Assembly (NCBI RefSeq): GCF_001194135.2
Contig: NC_068995.1
Coordinates: 28,526,086-28,576,607, forward strand
Length of the DNA stretch: 50,522 bases
Reading direction: 5' to 3'
DNA from: Octopus bimaculoides
Lineage: Eukaryota
This document shows, piece after piece, positions 25,361 to 37,146 of the stretch (its first letter is position 1; every line of letters begins with the position of its first letter). The notes below the pieces were generated by a model. It saw only the letters and a program-made list of their open reading frames with translations. It made no database searches and was not told where the DNA came from. A program made the position numbers and the translations under genes.

Positions 25361-26140
25361 ATGTAGTGTGGGTCACTTTGTTCTCTGTCCTGCTGCACTT
25401 GCTCTGGATGCATGCAAGTTCATTTCTGGCATTTCCTATTTTGGGGGAATTTATCAAAGTGACTATGGAGATAGTGCAGCTTTATGTTCATATATTTTCC
25501 TAAGTTTGAGAGTTCAGCAAGTTGTTGACTATTTCAGCATAAGTTGACTGCTTTCTCGTTGCCCAGAAAGTCATTTACAACTGTTATGAATGAATTCCGT
25601 GCAGCCATTTCAATGAATTTACAAAGTTTCTATCTTTCATCAATTTTCTGATTTGAGGCCCATCAAATACTCCATCTTTTATATTTTCCCAGCTCATACA
25701 GGAATTGTGGTGCAGATATAGTGAAAGCATGGTCCATCTTTATCCAGAGCTATAATAAACTGCTTCATAATGCCAAGTTTGATATGGAGTGAAGGTAGGA
25801 TGCTTTTTCCTAATCAATCTAAAGGCTCTTCAACTACATTAAAAGACCCTAGAACTAATATTTGCAGCAGTCCATTCTTAGATTACCCAATGCTTTTCCC
25901 TTGCTTTGCTGTCCAACACATAAAAATCATGGATATTTGCTGTATCCACTTTGTTGCCTCAGGAGAAAACCGACCATCTTAAAGATTATGCACATCACCT
26001 CCTAATGATTGGGGGTTGGGTTCATCTCGAAATCTAGACGTGATGCTAAAAAATGAATTCCCGTTTTGGATTCGGTATATCAAAAACAAAAAAACTGTAA
26101 ATCAGGTAAAAACGTCCTGACAACAAAATATTCCTCCACT
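25360..26140 (-). mobile_element. Decayed DNA transposase, probably Chapaev3/CMC type
   Basis: LPSLHIKLGIMKQFIIALDKDGPCF and downstream frameshifted matches. The superfamily is assigned from memory of the LHIKLGLMKQFVKAL motif. Confidence 0.55.
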
Positions 26141-27009
26141 TAAATTATTTTGTACCACAAGGGAGATAATTAATCATACACTCTTGAATAAAGGTGGAAG
26201 AGTCACATTATCCCACACAGACACACAAACATACATATATATATACATATATACGACGGGCTTCTTTCAGTTTCCGTCTACCAAATCCACTCACAAGGAT
26301 TTGGTCGGCCCAAGGCTATAGTAAAAGACACTAGCCCAAGATGCCACGTAGTGGGAATGAACCCAAAACCATGTGGTTAGTAAGCAAGCCACTTACCACA
26401 CAGCCACTCCTGTGCCTATATATATAATACTCTTTTACTTGTTTCAGCTTTTCTAACATCATTCTGTCTGTAGTTCTTCACTTACATTACAGATATATAA
26501 GTTCCTGATGAAAAATAATCGTTAATTGTTTTTCAGAGACACCTGCTAGACAATTTCCTTTTTCCCTCATACTTCAACATTGCATCTTCTCCATTTCTTT
26601 GAAATTGGGATTCCCTTAAAGGTTAGGAACTCAAATATTGTGAAGTGATCAAAGCTAAGTTTCTTGTAGATAATGATTGATCCATCTTATTATTTTCTTG
26701 ATTCCCATAGCCTGTTTCATACTCCAGCAGTCTGTCTTAACATTGAAGAATCAATTCTTGCTTTCAAAGGTTATTGCTTGCTGAACTTGCTAAAAGTTTT
26801 CTTTCAACATGATTTTGCCTCAAATCAGTTTTTGGAATTTTTCTTAAAAAGTTCATAATTTTTGCTGGTGCTTCGTTGTCGTAGTCCAAGCTGCAAAAAA
26901 CATTGTGAAAATATTTCAATGCCACATATGCCCTTCATGGCAAATTATTGAATGAACATTCATTTCATGGTTAACAGAAGGGAAAATATGGTGGTATAGA
27001 CAGAGTCCC

Positions 27010-28530
27010 CCACTCTCTTATCTGGTGAGCAATGCAGAAGCTAGGGATAGACAAGTGGTTGGTGAGAGCTGTACAAAGCATGTGCAGGCATGCTGTCAGA
27101 AAGGCGAAAGTTAGCAACGAGTATAGTGATAAATTTAGGGTACAAGTAGGGTTTCACCAAGGATCAGTTCTCAGCCCCCTCTTGTTAATCATAATCCTCT
27201 ATGCAATAACAGAGGAATTTAAGACAGGCCGCCCCTGGGAGCTCCTCTATGCTGACGATTTTGTTCTTATAGCTGAATCACTATCAGAACTAAAGAAATT
27301 TTGACATGGAAGAAATGTCTAGAATCAAAAGGCCTTAGAGTTAGTCTTAGCAAAAACCAAAATCTTGATAAGTAGGAGAGCAGATAAATCACAAATCCCT
27401 TCTGTAGAAAAGGCATAGGTAGAAACTCCATAAGATGTATCTGATGTAAGCTATGGACACATAAGAGGTGCAGCAATGTCAGAAGAAGGTTAACAGGGAA
27501 AATAGTCTTTGTGTGGTAGGTGCACAGGTACAATTAACACTAAAAATGTACAGAAAATGAATTCCATCAAATGTTAGGGGAGAAAACAAGAAGTAGTTGA
27601 TAGCTTCTGTTACCTAGGTGACCAAGTCAGTAGTGCGGGGGGTGGGTAGGTGCAGAGGAAACCAAGAGTGTAGCTGCTAGATTAAGAATAGGTTGGGCAA
27701 AGTTCAGAGAGCTCTTACCTCTGCTGGTAACAAAGAGCCACTCTCTCACAGCGAAAGGCAGATTGTATGATGCCTGTGTGTGAGTAGCCATGCTACGTGG
27801 CAGTGAAACCAAGGTTGTAACTGCCGTGGAAATGTGCAGGCTTGTAAGAAATGAAGCTAGTATGCTTTGCTGGATGTGTAACATCAGTGTACATGTATGA
27901 CAGAGTGTAAGCATCTCGAGCGAAAAGCTGGGCATAAGAGGCATCAGATGCAGTGTGCAAGAGAGACAACTACACTGATATGGTCATGTGATGTGTATGG
28001 ACGAGGACAACTATGTGAAGTGCCACACTCTAACAGTAGAAGGAATCTGTGGAAGAGGTAGACCCAAGAAGATATGGGACGAGGTGATGAAGCATGATCT
28101 TCGAATGTTGGGCCTCATGGAAGCAATGACAAGAGACCAAGACTTTTGGCGATATGCTGTGCTTGAGAAGACTTGTCAAGCCAAGTGAGGTTGTATGTAA
28201 CCATGGCCAATGCCAGTGTCATGTAACTGGCTCGTAAAAATCACCTCTCAAACATTGGGCTATATGCTGTGCTTGAGAAGACTTGTGAAGCCAAGTGAAA
28301 TCATAGCCATGGCTGATGCGAATGCCGGTTGATTGGCCCCCGTGCTGGTGACATGTAAAACGCACCCATTACACTTTTGGAGTGATTGGCGTTAGAAAGG
28401 GCATCCAGCTGTAGAAACCAGGCCAAACCAGATTGGAATCTAGAGTAGCTCCCCAGCTCACCAGTTTTCAGTCAAACTGTCCAACCCATACCAGCATGGA
28501 AAGCAGATGTTAAATGATGATGATGATGAG
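27010..28530 (+). mobile_element. RTE LINE, 5'-truncated and decayed
   Basis: GFHQGSVLSPLL, WELLYADD, GRGRPKKIW; the 3'UTR ends in (GAT)n. Confidence 0.88.
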
Positions 28531-30421
28531 TTCCATGTAAAAGCTATTACATTTTTTGATTAGAGAGTTGTTGATTATGTCACACTGGAACAAATAAAAT
28601 CTTGGCATTAAATGAATAGAATTGCTCATTTCATTTATTATAACAGCTATTTACTAAATATACAAATGTTAAACTGAGTAAAAAAAAAAAAAAAAGGAAG
28701 TACTTTAAAAGTTGTTTTGGAGAATTTCAAGGTAAAATTTACACCTAACCAAATGGAAATATAAATATCAATAATCATCTAGAAATATGAATAAAGTCAA
28801 ATATGAAGTTATGAAAATTATTGTCAAAGAATTGAAAAAGAAAGTTGTTTTTTTTTTTTTAATTCCACTAAAGTATAATGCATATTGAAAAAAAAACTAC
28901 TAGTTCAATAAGTTTTCAGTAATATGCTAGAATTTGTGTAGGCAAAGAAACTGAGTGTTTGTTTTAGGGAAATTAAGAGAAAATATCTTGAATTATGATT
29001 TTTTTTACAAATATTCCTTGTAGTTTAATAATCCTTTTGGTAAATGCTCAAATACAAGTAGACAAAAAAAAAATTAATGAGTTGTTTTGGAAATGTCAAA
29101 GTAAAATTTGCTTGTAGCTAAATGCAAATTCAAATATTAATAATGGTTTCTAATTTAGGGACAAGCCCAGCAATTGTGTAGGGGTGGGGTTAAGTTGATG
29201 CCATTTACCCCAAGATCACAAAAATAAGGAAGGCAGGGTTTGAACAAAGAGAGTGAAAAGCCTGAAGAAATATCACAAAGTATTTTTTATAATGCTCTAA
29301 TGATTTTGCCAGCTTGCCAAAAAAATGTAATCAAAATGAAGTACATACATACAGGAAATTCTATCAAAGAACTTGAAGAGTATGGCCACTTGCTTATCAA
29401 GGAATTTTTAAAGCTTGGAGTTTTATTTTATTTTTTTGTAAAGGATCACTTTGGTAGCTGATTATATTTTGGTACAGCATAGGATCAGATTAGAAAAATG
29501 TTTGAGTGTGATTTGTTCAAATTAGTGCCATTGATATTTGTTAAGTAGATTTTAATCCCTCCCCTGAAGACGAAGTTGGTCACCTAAAACTGATTTCCTT
29601 TAGCTGCAGAAGTGAAAACATTCTGTTAGTTTCTTTCTCCAATGAGTTTATAGTCATTTGGTTTCCATAGAGTGGGGAGGCAAGAGATGCCCAGAACCAT
29701 TCCTACCAACTTGTATAATTTTGATAACCGGTTTGCACCAACTGTTGCGATTTCATTGAACCCTAGCACTAGCCATAGGTCTGCTAGATCTGAACTAACC
29801 TGAGGGCTAAACAACTATAACCAGTGACAGATTCGTGGGCGGGGGTGGCGATGGTATGTACAGCTGTGATCCAACATGCTGAAAATAGTAACAGCAATAT
29901 TTCCAATCATATACACAAATATCGATTTTAAATGCATAGAAAAACAGGTATTATTTTAATTACGATAAAACATATTTTTCGAGAAATGACAATCTGCCTA
30001 AATAAAAAGAAAAGAAAAAAGGGCTGTTGGCTAACATACAAACAAACAAACTCTGACCCTTAGTTTTTGTTGTTTAGTCAGCTCTGATCCAGCACACTGA
30101 TGGTAGAGGCACTCCACACATGGCCATCCAATCTTTTACTTTTAAAGCATAATATACCCATGTTTATATTATCCAAAGAGTCCCCTAAAAAACGGGAAGA
30201 CGGATATTTAGAAAGACACTTGTTTTCAAGCGTCCGAACACTCAAGTAAATACAAATGAATTGACATGTTATTTGTCAATTAATTCGGAAAATTAAAACA
30301 GCGCACCAAGTAGTATAATGAGTGTCCTCCCTTGAAATGTAAATAAGTACATCGACAAAATAATGACTAGTTCACTTGTACAACTGCTCGACAGTTGTTT
30401 TCCTTTCACTTTGGTGCCCAC

Positions 30422-30452
<31 letters not shown>

Positions 30453-31592
30453 NNNNNNNNNNNNNNNNNNNNNNNNNNNNNNNNNNNNNNNNNNNNNNNN
30501 NNNNNNNNNNNNNNNNNNNNNNNNNNNNNNNNNNNNNNNNNNNNNNNNNNNNNNNNNNNNNNNNNNNNNNNNNNNNNNNNNNNNNNNNNNNNNNNNNNNN
30601 NNNNNNNNNNNNNNNNNNNNNNNNNNNNNNNNNNNNNNNNNNNNNNNNNNNNNNNNNNNNNNNNNNNNNNNNNNNNNNNNNNNNNNNNNNNNNNNNNNNN
30701 NNNNNNNNNNNNNNNNNNNNNNNNNNNNNNNNNNNNNNNNNNNNNNNNNNNNNNNNNNNNNNNNNNNNNNNNNNNNNNNNNNNNNNNNNNNNNNNNNNNN
30801 NNNNNNNNNNNNNNNNNNNNNNNNNNNNNNNNNNNNNNNNNNNNNNNNNNNNNNNNNNNNNNNNNNNNNNNNNNNNNNNNNNNNNNNNNNNNNNNNNNNN
30901 NNNNNNNNNNNNNNNNNNNNNNNNNNNNNNNNNNNNNNNNNNNNNNNNNNNNNNNNNNNNNNNNNNNNNNNNNNNNNNNNNNNNNNNNNNNNNNNNNNNN
31001 NNNNNNNNNNTTACTTGTTTCAGTCATTTGACTGTGGCCATGCTGGAGCACCGCCTTTAGTCGAGTAAATCGACCCCAGGACTTATTCTATCGGTCTCTT
31101 TTGCCAAACCGCTAAGTTAGGGGGACGTAAACACAACACCATCGGTTGTCAAGCGATGTTGGGGGGACAAACACAGACACACATACACAGACATACATAT
31201 ATATATATACATACATATATACGACAGGCTTCTTTCAGTTTCCGTCTACAAAATCCATTCACAAAGCTTTGGTCGGCCCGAGGTTATAGTAGAAGACACT
31301 TGCCCAAGGTGCCACCGAAAGATTGCCCTCATTTTTATTTTCGTAAATTGAATTCTCTAGAAATTTTTCCATTAATTTCTGCTACATTAGGAAATCATTT
31401 CAAATCGGATGAAGATTGATGTTACACTAAACAATTGAAAGATAAAAAAAAATAATAAATAAGTAGAACCAGTGAATCAAAAAAGAGAAAACAAAACAAA
31501 AACAAACGCAACTTCAGAAAAAAAAATCGTGTCATTTGGTCCAGACTTGTCTTCAATAATCAACAAGCCAAACAGGGCAAAATATAACTTAC

Positions 31593-31629
31593 GTTGAATT
31601 GTCGGTTTCTTTGAGAAAATTCCAGACAT
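31593..31629 (-). CDS. CHMP2B: CHMP2B exon 1 (coding part, 37 nt)
   Basis: Minus strand ATG TCT GGA ATT TTC TCA AAG AAA CCG ACA ATT CAA C followed by donor GTAAGT. MSGIFSKKPTIQ resembles the CHMP2B N-terminus; the phase-1 intron fits exon 2. Confidence 0.9.
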
Positions 31630-31790
31630 GGCTTTTAAACTTTTCTTTCTGGCAAAAAATTATAAATTAATGAAGAATTATAAAATACATGAAGCTAACC
31701 GAACTGATTACTTCGAAAGTGTTCTTGCATCAAGTGACTTATGACTAAACCGGAAGTTAGCTTCTAACAAGGGAGATAGTCGGATTCTAA
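31630..31790 (-). promoter_or_regulatory. CHMP2B: Probable CHMP2B 5'UTR/core promoter with ETS-type motif
   Basis: Non-repetitive DNA upstream of the ATG with CCGGAAGT at 31750-31757. The TSS is not defined. Confidence 0.5.
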
Positions 31791-31897
31791 CTGTATGTTT
31801 AATTATTTCCCTTGTACGGTATGTCTGTCTGTCTGTCTGTCTGCCGTCATTGTTCAGTTTTATTTCAAAATTTCTTGCCAATAGAGAAAGAGTCGGT

Positions 31898-32634
31898 CCT
31901 CAGTGGATTTATTCCATGTCGTATTTGGGTAATTTCAACCAATCAACGAGGTGTATTCGGTTGAAAAAATCTACTGCTGTTTGTGATAGTAATCGAATAG
32001 GAACAACCACCGGGTCGTGCAAAGACGATACCACCTTTATCCTTTCTTGCTTTCTAGTCAGCACCGTGCATTCCTTACTCTTTCCCTCTCTTCTACACTA
32101 TCAACTAGCAATCAGCGAGTGAACTTATCACTGCCACTACAATTACCGTATTTTCCGGTGTATAAGTCGCTATTTGTTTTATTTTACCTTCATGTTTTGA
32201 TGATGTTATAAAGACTTTTATATTGACGAAATGTGTTTGTTGTTGATTATAGTAAGATAAAATCATGACAATTACAATACATCTCATAGTTGTAAAATAA
32301 GGCATTTTGAAACTACATACACGTCAACAAAAAAAAAAAGGTAGCTGCGGACCTGTGCTGACATTTAATAGAGATGACCCGGAAGTTGTTCCTCTTCGAT
32401 TAATATCGCAAACAGCGGTAGCTTTCTTCAACCGAATATACGTCGTTGATTGGTTGAAATTACCCATATACGACATCTTTAACACGAAATAACTTCTAAA
32501 ATACGAAATTTTGTCAAAAGCGCACAGAGTAAACCGTGTTCTACATGAGAAATTCTACCAGTATTCGAAGTTTCAAACTGTTTAGTTAAAAAAAATATTA
32601 ATTCAAATATCTGTGATTGAGATGGAATAGATCC
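31898..32634. mobile_element. Long-TIR MITE copy (left arm truncated) inside another repeat
   Basis: About 31915-32020 is inverted at 32375-32475; the right arm matches 37980-38225. GAGTCGGT occurs on both flanks. Confidence 0.75.
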
Positions 32635-32958
32635 GAGTCGGTTTCTAACCTAAATCTAAGGCCCCTTCATTGGAATTTCAGCATCAACAATAGGGTATTT
32701 TTGTCTGTGCATGTATGTATACGCCGAGACATAAAAATATTCGGGTTGGTTCCCGAGAGCGCAATAAGCCTACTGGAAATGAGGAACCCTAATCTTTCTC
32801 AAGGCATCCCTCTCGGAGAAGGCTAACTCGTATATAAAACCCGCTGTTCTACTTAACCGGATACCTTGCACTTTACTTGTCACTGGTGTAGCGGGCTGGA
32901 TGTGAGATGTGATATCAGGTCGATATGATGTAGCCCACTACCAAATGTAACGTGTAGA

Positions 32959-33300
32959 TGTAACGATTGAAGGTTCTCACGTGAACATCGAAGAATTAAC
33001 ACCAAGAAGGAAAAAATATTATTTACATACATTTATTCGTTTGCCCAATACGTAGTTAAAAAGACAGTAGTGATTGTAGTGATAGTGTAGAAAAAGGCTG
33101 GCTCGCTAGTTAGTACGTGGTAGTGTGTAGAAGTTGTCTGAGAGTGAAAAAGTAAAGAATGGATAGTGTTGACTAGAAAGGAAGTAAGGATAAAGGTAGC
33201 ATCGTCTTTCTTGCGGCCGAGGAAAGTGCTGCTCTTGGCCATGGGTGACTCAAAAGTGAGTGCTGCTCCTTGGTCTGGCTGACACAAAAGAGAGGAACAG
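32959..33300 (-). mobile_element. Probable LTR, homologous to the MITE interior
   Basis: On the minus strand it ends ...AATCGTTACA with AATAAA upstream. 33000-33210 matches 32025-32130, 37435-37530 and 37810-37870 in reverse. Confidence 0.5.
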
Positions 33301-33327
33301 ATAGGAAGTGTTCTCTGTTATAAAGAC

Positions 33328-33654
33328 TGTAGGTGTACTTACCTTCCTTAACAGTGGGTTTTTAACAAGCTCGCTAGATGGCGCTAGAGTGTGAGATTCT
33401 AATATGAGACCTTACGACTTTCTCTTTTCTCACCAAGACGTCAGACCGTAAAGACGTGATCTAGTCGGCTCTCTGACATCACACGCCAGCTAGCAGACAG
33501 GATGCAACGCACAGGAGAAGATCATGGCCTCCACTCATCAACTATTTATCGCTCAGCGTGTATATATACGTGTGGCCAGCATTAAAGACATTTAAAGTTA
33601 CAGCCTTGTTTCATATATATTCTGTATACCGTGTTCCTGTCAAATGATATTACA
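33328..33654 (+). mobile_element. Probable LTR (TGTAG...TTACA)
   Basis: TG...CA ends, TATATA and ATTAAA in the 3' half, followed by PBS-like motifs. No partner LTR is in the window. Confidence 0.45.
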
Positions 33655-33709
33655 TCCTTCTGAAGAGAGTCATGTTTAGGTGGTGCATTGGTATCATGGT
33701 TGTGGATCC

Positions 33710-33845
33710 ATCTAAAATGGTGACTCGACGTGGAACACAGACATCTAAAATGATAACCCAATGTGGAACACAGACTATCTAAAATGGTGACCCGACGCAG
33801 CACACACCACAATTCTAAAATGGTGAACCTCGGACGAATTCTGAC
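33710..33845 (+). repeat. Four 33-36-bp tandem units with a tRNA-Trp PBS-like core
   Basis: Units start at 33710, 33743, 33777 and 33813; consensus ATCTAAAA-TGGTGACCCGACGTG-GAACACAGAC. Confidence 0.75.
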
Positions 33846-34199
33846 CAGTGAATACGTATTCCTTTTCCACTTCGCGACTTCGTCTACGCAACCAGACCTG
33901 CCACTTATCGCATAGGAATGTACCACTGATGTCTCTCGCCGCCATATTGTCTACTTCACCAGAAAAGTTTGGAGCCATTTTCAAGCGGGAAACTGCAAGT
34001 CATTTTTCCTTGTGTTGTAACTGAATTTACAACTTGGTCCTTTGAAGACACAGCGTCCCAGGGGAATATCCTTCTTGCATGTAAAAAGGAAAAAAAAATA
34101 TCCGGAATTTTCTCCAGAATTCACAAGGACAACACATTTTTCTTACGTACCAGGTATAACTTTCTTTCTCTCAACCACCCAGATTATCCACCTGTTGGC

Positions 34200-34565
34200 C
34201 ATGTTTAATTATTTCCCTTGTACAGTATGTCTGTCTGTCTGTTTGTTTGTCTGTCTGTCTGCTGGTATGTATGTATGTATGTATGTATGTATGTATGTAT
34301 GTATGTATATCATTGTTCAGTTTTATTTCAAAATTTCTTGCCAATAGAGAAAGAATCGATCCTCAGTGGATTTATTCCATGTCGTATTTGGGTAATTTCA
34401 ACCAATCAATGACGTGTATTCGGTTGAAGAAAGCTACTGCTGTTTGTGATAGTAATCGAATAGGAACAACCTCCGGGTCATCTCTACTAAATGTCACCAC
34501 TTTGTTCTATTCGTATGTTGTGCCAAGACGATACCACCTTTATCCTTTCTTCCTTTCTAGTCAGC
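34200..34565 (+). mobile_element. Duplicate of the 31795-32075 composite (microsatellite + host repeat + MITE left arm)
   Basis: Same chimeric junction ...GAGAAAGA(G/A)TCG(G/A)TCCTCAGTGGATTTATTCCATGTCG. Confidence 0.75.
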
Positions 34566-34716
34566 AAGGACTTCTATTTTCATTCTTTGCTACTAAAAAA
34601 ACATATTCCTAGTTCGCTGCTCATCGCGTTTTCTTTCATCTAGGAAGTTTGGCTAACGGCGTTTATTTCAACCAGCTTGTCCTTTGTGGCTTTCCGTCTT
34701 CCTATTATCGTCCAAG

Positions 34717-35481
34717 ATGAGTCATTTTCCTTTGCCTCAATATCATGGAGATGCTAAGATGTGGTTTTCACAACTGGAATCATTCTTCAATTCTTATAAT
34801 AGTCAGTCGGCCCAGAGCGAACTCCATACCGCTCTTACAGGCATTCCTTCTCCTCTCGCACTTTCATTTCGAAATATGATAACAGGAACTCTATCGGACA
34901 TGACGTACGAAACCGTCAAAGCTGAGGTTGTCCGGCGTAACTCTACTTCGGTCGAGAGTAAATTTTGCACACTCTTGCAGGATGAGCATCTCGGGGATCG
35001 AACCCCCACCAAGTTTTTGCGACGAATCCGGGAGTTGTCCGATAGCTCATGTGAGGGACAGGCATTTGTCAAACAGCTATTTTTCTCGAGGATGCCTTCT
35101 AATGTCCAGTCGACTTTAGCTCCTATGATGGAACAACTCGCCGCCTCCGCATACAGGATTATGGAATTCAATGGCACACTATCATCCGCCGATAATGTTG
35201 TCGCTTCTTCGTCTTCCTCTCGAGATTGTACTACTTTTGCTTCGGACGACACACAATCTTCCGATATCTTACGGGCACTTGGAGAAGTGTCCCGTCAGGT
35301 TTCACGCATGTGCAGGAACTGTTCGTCTTCACGGGATCATTCTGCAGGGAGGACCAGGCGCCGCTCCTTCTTGCGCGCACGTGCACTTCCTGCTCCATCA
35401 ATATGCTGGTACCACAGGCGCTTCAAGGACCAGGCCGACAAATGTACACAGCCCTGCTCTTACTCTTCTCGGGGAAACTAG
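34717..35481 (+). CDS. gag: Gypsy (CsRn1-type) gag, open 254-codon ORF
   Basis: WFSQLESFF, EHLGDRTPTKFLRRIREL, LFFSRMPSNVQSTL and the C-terminal CWYHRRF..QADKCTQPC knuckle. First ATG at 34717 (the track starts at an upstream GTG, 34684). Confidence 0.85.
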   Translation: MSHFPLPQYHGDAKMWFSQLESFFNSYNSQSAQSELHTALTGIPSPLALSFRNMITGTLSDMTYETVKAEVVRRNSTSVESKFCTLLQDEHLGDRTPTKFLRRIRELSDSSCEGQAFVKQLFFSRMPSNVQSTLAPMMEQLAASAYRIMEFNGTLSSADNVVASSSSSRDCTTFASDDTQSSDILRALGEVSRQVSRMCRNCSSSRDHSAGRTRRRSFLRARALPAPSICWYHRRFKDQADKCTQPCSYSSRGN

Positions 35482-35515
35482 GCGGGGAGACACTGGGCAC
35501 GTCAGTCGTCTCCTC
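35472..35515 (+). promoter_or_regulatory. -1 programmed ribosomal frameshift cassette
   Basis: G GGA AAC in the gag frame directly before TAG, a 5-nt spacer, then hairpin GGGGAGAC-ACTG/GGCACGT/CAGT-C-GTCTCCTC. The -1 frame reads GKLGGETLG into the protease region. Confidence 0.8.
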
Positions 35516-36707
35516 CATCGATTCACCTTACCGTATATATTTTTTTTATTATCAGAAATGCTAATTCTTCAAAGCCCTTTATGGTAGATACGAGTGCCAA
35601 CTTAGGTATTTGGTCTCGAAGGTTTACTTCCACCAATCCTGGTCTTTCTGACATCTCGCTCTACGCGGTGAATCACTCTGCCATCAAAACCTACGGACAA
35701 ATCCCTCTTACTCTGGATTATCACTCTGTAGGGATTTCAAGTGGATCTTCGTCATTGCGGACCTGTCCTATCCCATTCTTGGTGCTGATTTCTTACACCA
35801 CTATTGTCTCATTGTGGACGTTAGAGGACGCCGACTTATTGATGACACTTCACTCGCCGTCTCCGGAAAGGATTCTTCTGTCACCGTTGTGAGCCCTTCT
35901 TTCTTCGTGGCTGCTCCGGGTGAATCCTATCAACAGTTACTCGCTTCGTTTCCAGAGTTGATTGATTTGTCATTTCATCCGTCGAATCCAACACATTCCA
36001 CGAGATATTTCATCACGACCAAGGAACCGCCAGTTTTTTCCTGACCGCGCCGTTTGTCTCCAGAGAAACTCCGGATCGCCCGGACATAATTCGAGCACAA
36101 GCTCCAGCTAGGCCTTATTCGTCCCTCCACGAGCCCGTAGGCAGCACCTTTACACATGGCCAGGAAGAATGACGCTGATTTTCGACCGTTTGGAAATTTT
36201 AGACGTCTTAACACTGTCACTATCGCAGATCGCTATCCCCTTCCAAATGTGCAGGATTTTTCTTCTGCCTTACGCAGCTGTAAGATTTTTTCTAAGATCG
36301 ACTTCGTACGCGCGTACCACCAAACTCCGACGACATTCCAAAGACAGCTGTCACCACGCCTTTTGGAGAGTTTGAATTCTTGTCTATGCCGTTTGGACTT
36401 CGTAACGCGGCCAGCACGTTCCAAAGGTTCATTCATTCGTGGATTAGACTTTGTCGTCGCGTAAGTCGATGACCTTCTAATCGCCAGTGGTACTCCAGAC
36501 CAGCACCTCCAACACTTAACCCAGTTGTTCAAGCGGCTACGTTCCTATGATGTGAAGATCAACCCGGCTAAGTGTGTATTCGGTTCTACCAGTTTGGAAT
36601 TCTTGGGGCATCTCATTGACACCGACGTTATTCGTCCACTTCCCTCTAAAGTGGAAGCCATCAAACGCGTGTCTCCTCCTGTTTCCTTAAAACAGCTCAG
36701 GTATTGC
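35482..36707 (+). pseudogene. pol: Gypsy pol (protease + RT), disrupted and truncated before RNase H/integrase
   Basis: [43 protein letters not shown], (Y>stop)VDDLL, KINPAKCVF, EFLGH; several stops and frameshifts. Confidence 0.88.
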
Positions 36708-37146
36708 TAGTGAGATTCATTGTGGTGTTATGCAAGTCTCACTCGACCTAAGACCCTTGCACGTGCATTGATGACTCTTAACACATAACATCTTACATTC
36801 TTGACTATTGAAGTCCAGTGATGATGGGAAGGTGGTGATGAGTACAGGTCTCCCGGGCTGAATGTATGCAGCTGTGGACCTGCACACTGGTGGTTCTTGA
36901 TAGCTAAATACATCGCTAGTTCATCGATCTGGGTAAGAGGTAATTTTCGGCTGCACCAAGGGTGACTGAACAGCACATTCTAGGGCAACACTGCTCACCA
37001 GTAAATCTGCAGGGATGTAGAAAAAGTGACCCAAACATTGCCTGCCTCTTCCATTCATCTGACTAGCTTAACGCGGCTGGCTGATATCTACAGTTCACTC
37101 GGATCAACAAAATGCCTAAAGGATCCAGGATCTGTTCAGTTTGGCT

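Noticed and set aside
29240-29814. ORFs 29240-29461 (+) and 29626-29814 (-) in intron 1
   Set aside because: No recognisable family or consistent splice sites; possibly an old transposase relic.
33710-33845. CRISPR array interpretation of the short repeats
   Set aside because: Eukaryotic context, no unique spacers, diverged repeats and no cas genes.
34803-35252. 149-aa antisense ORF over gag
   Set aside because: A shadow ORF of a GC-richer coding region with no independent features.
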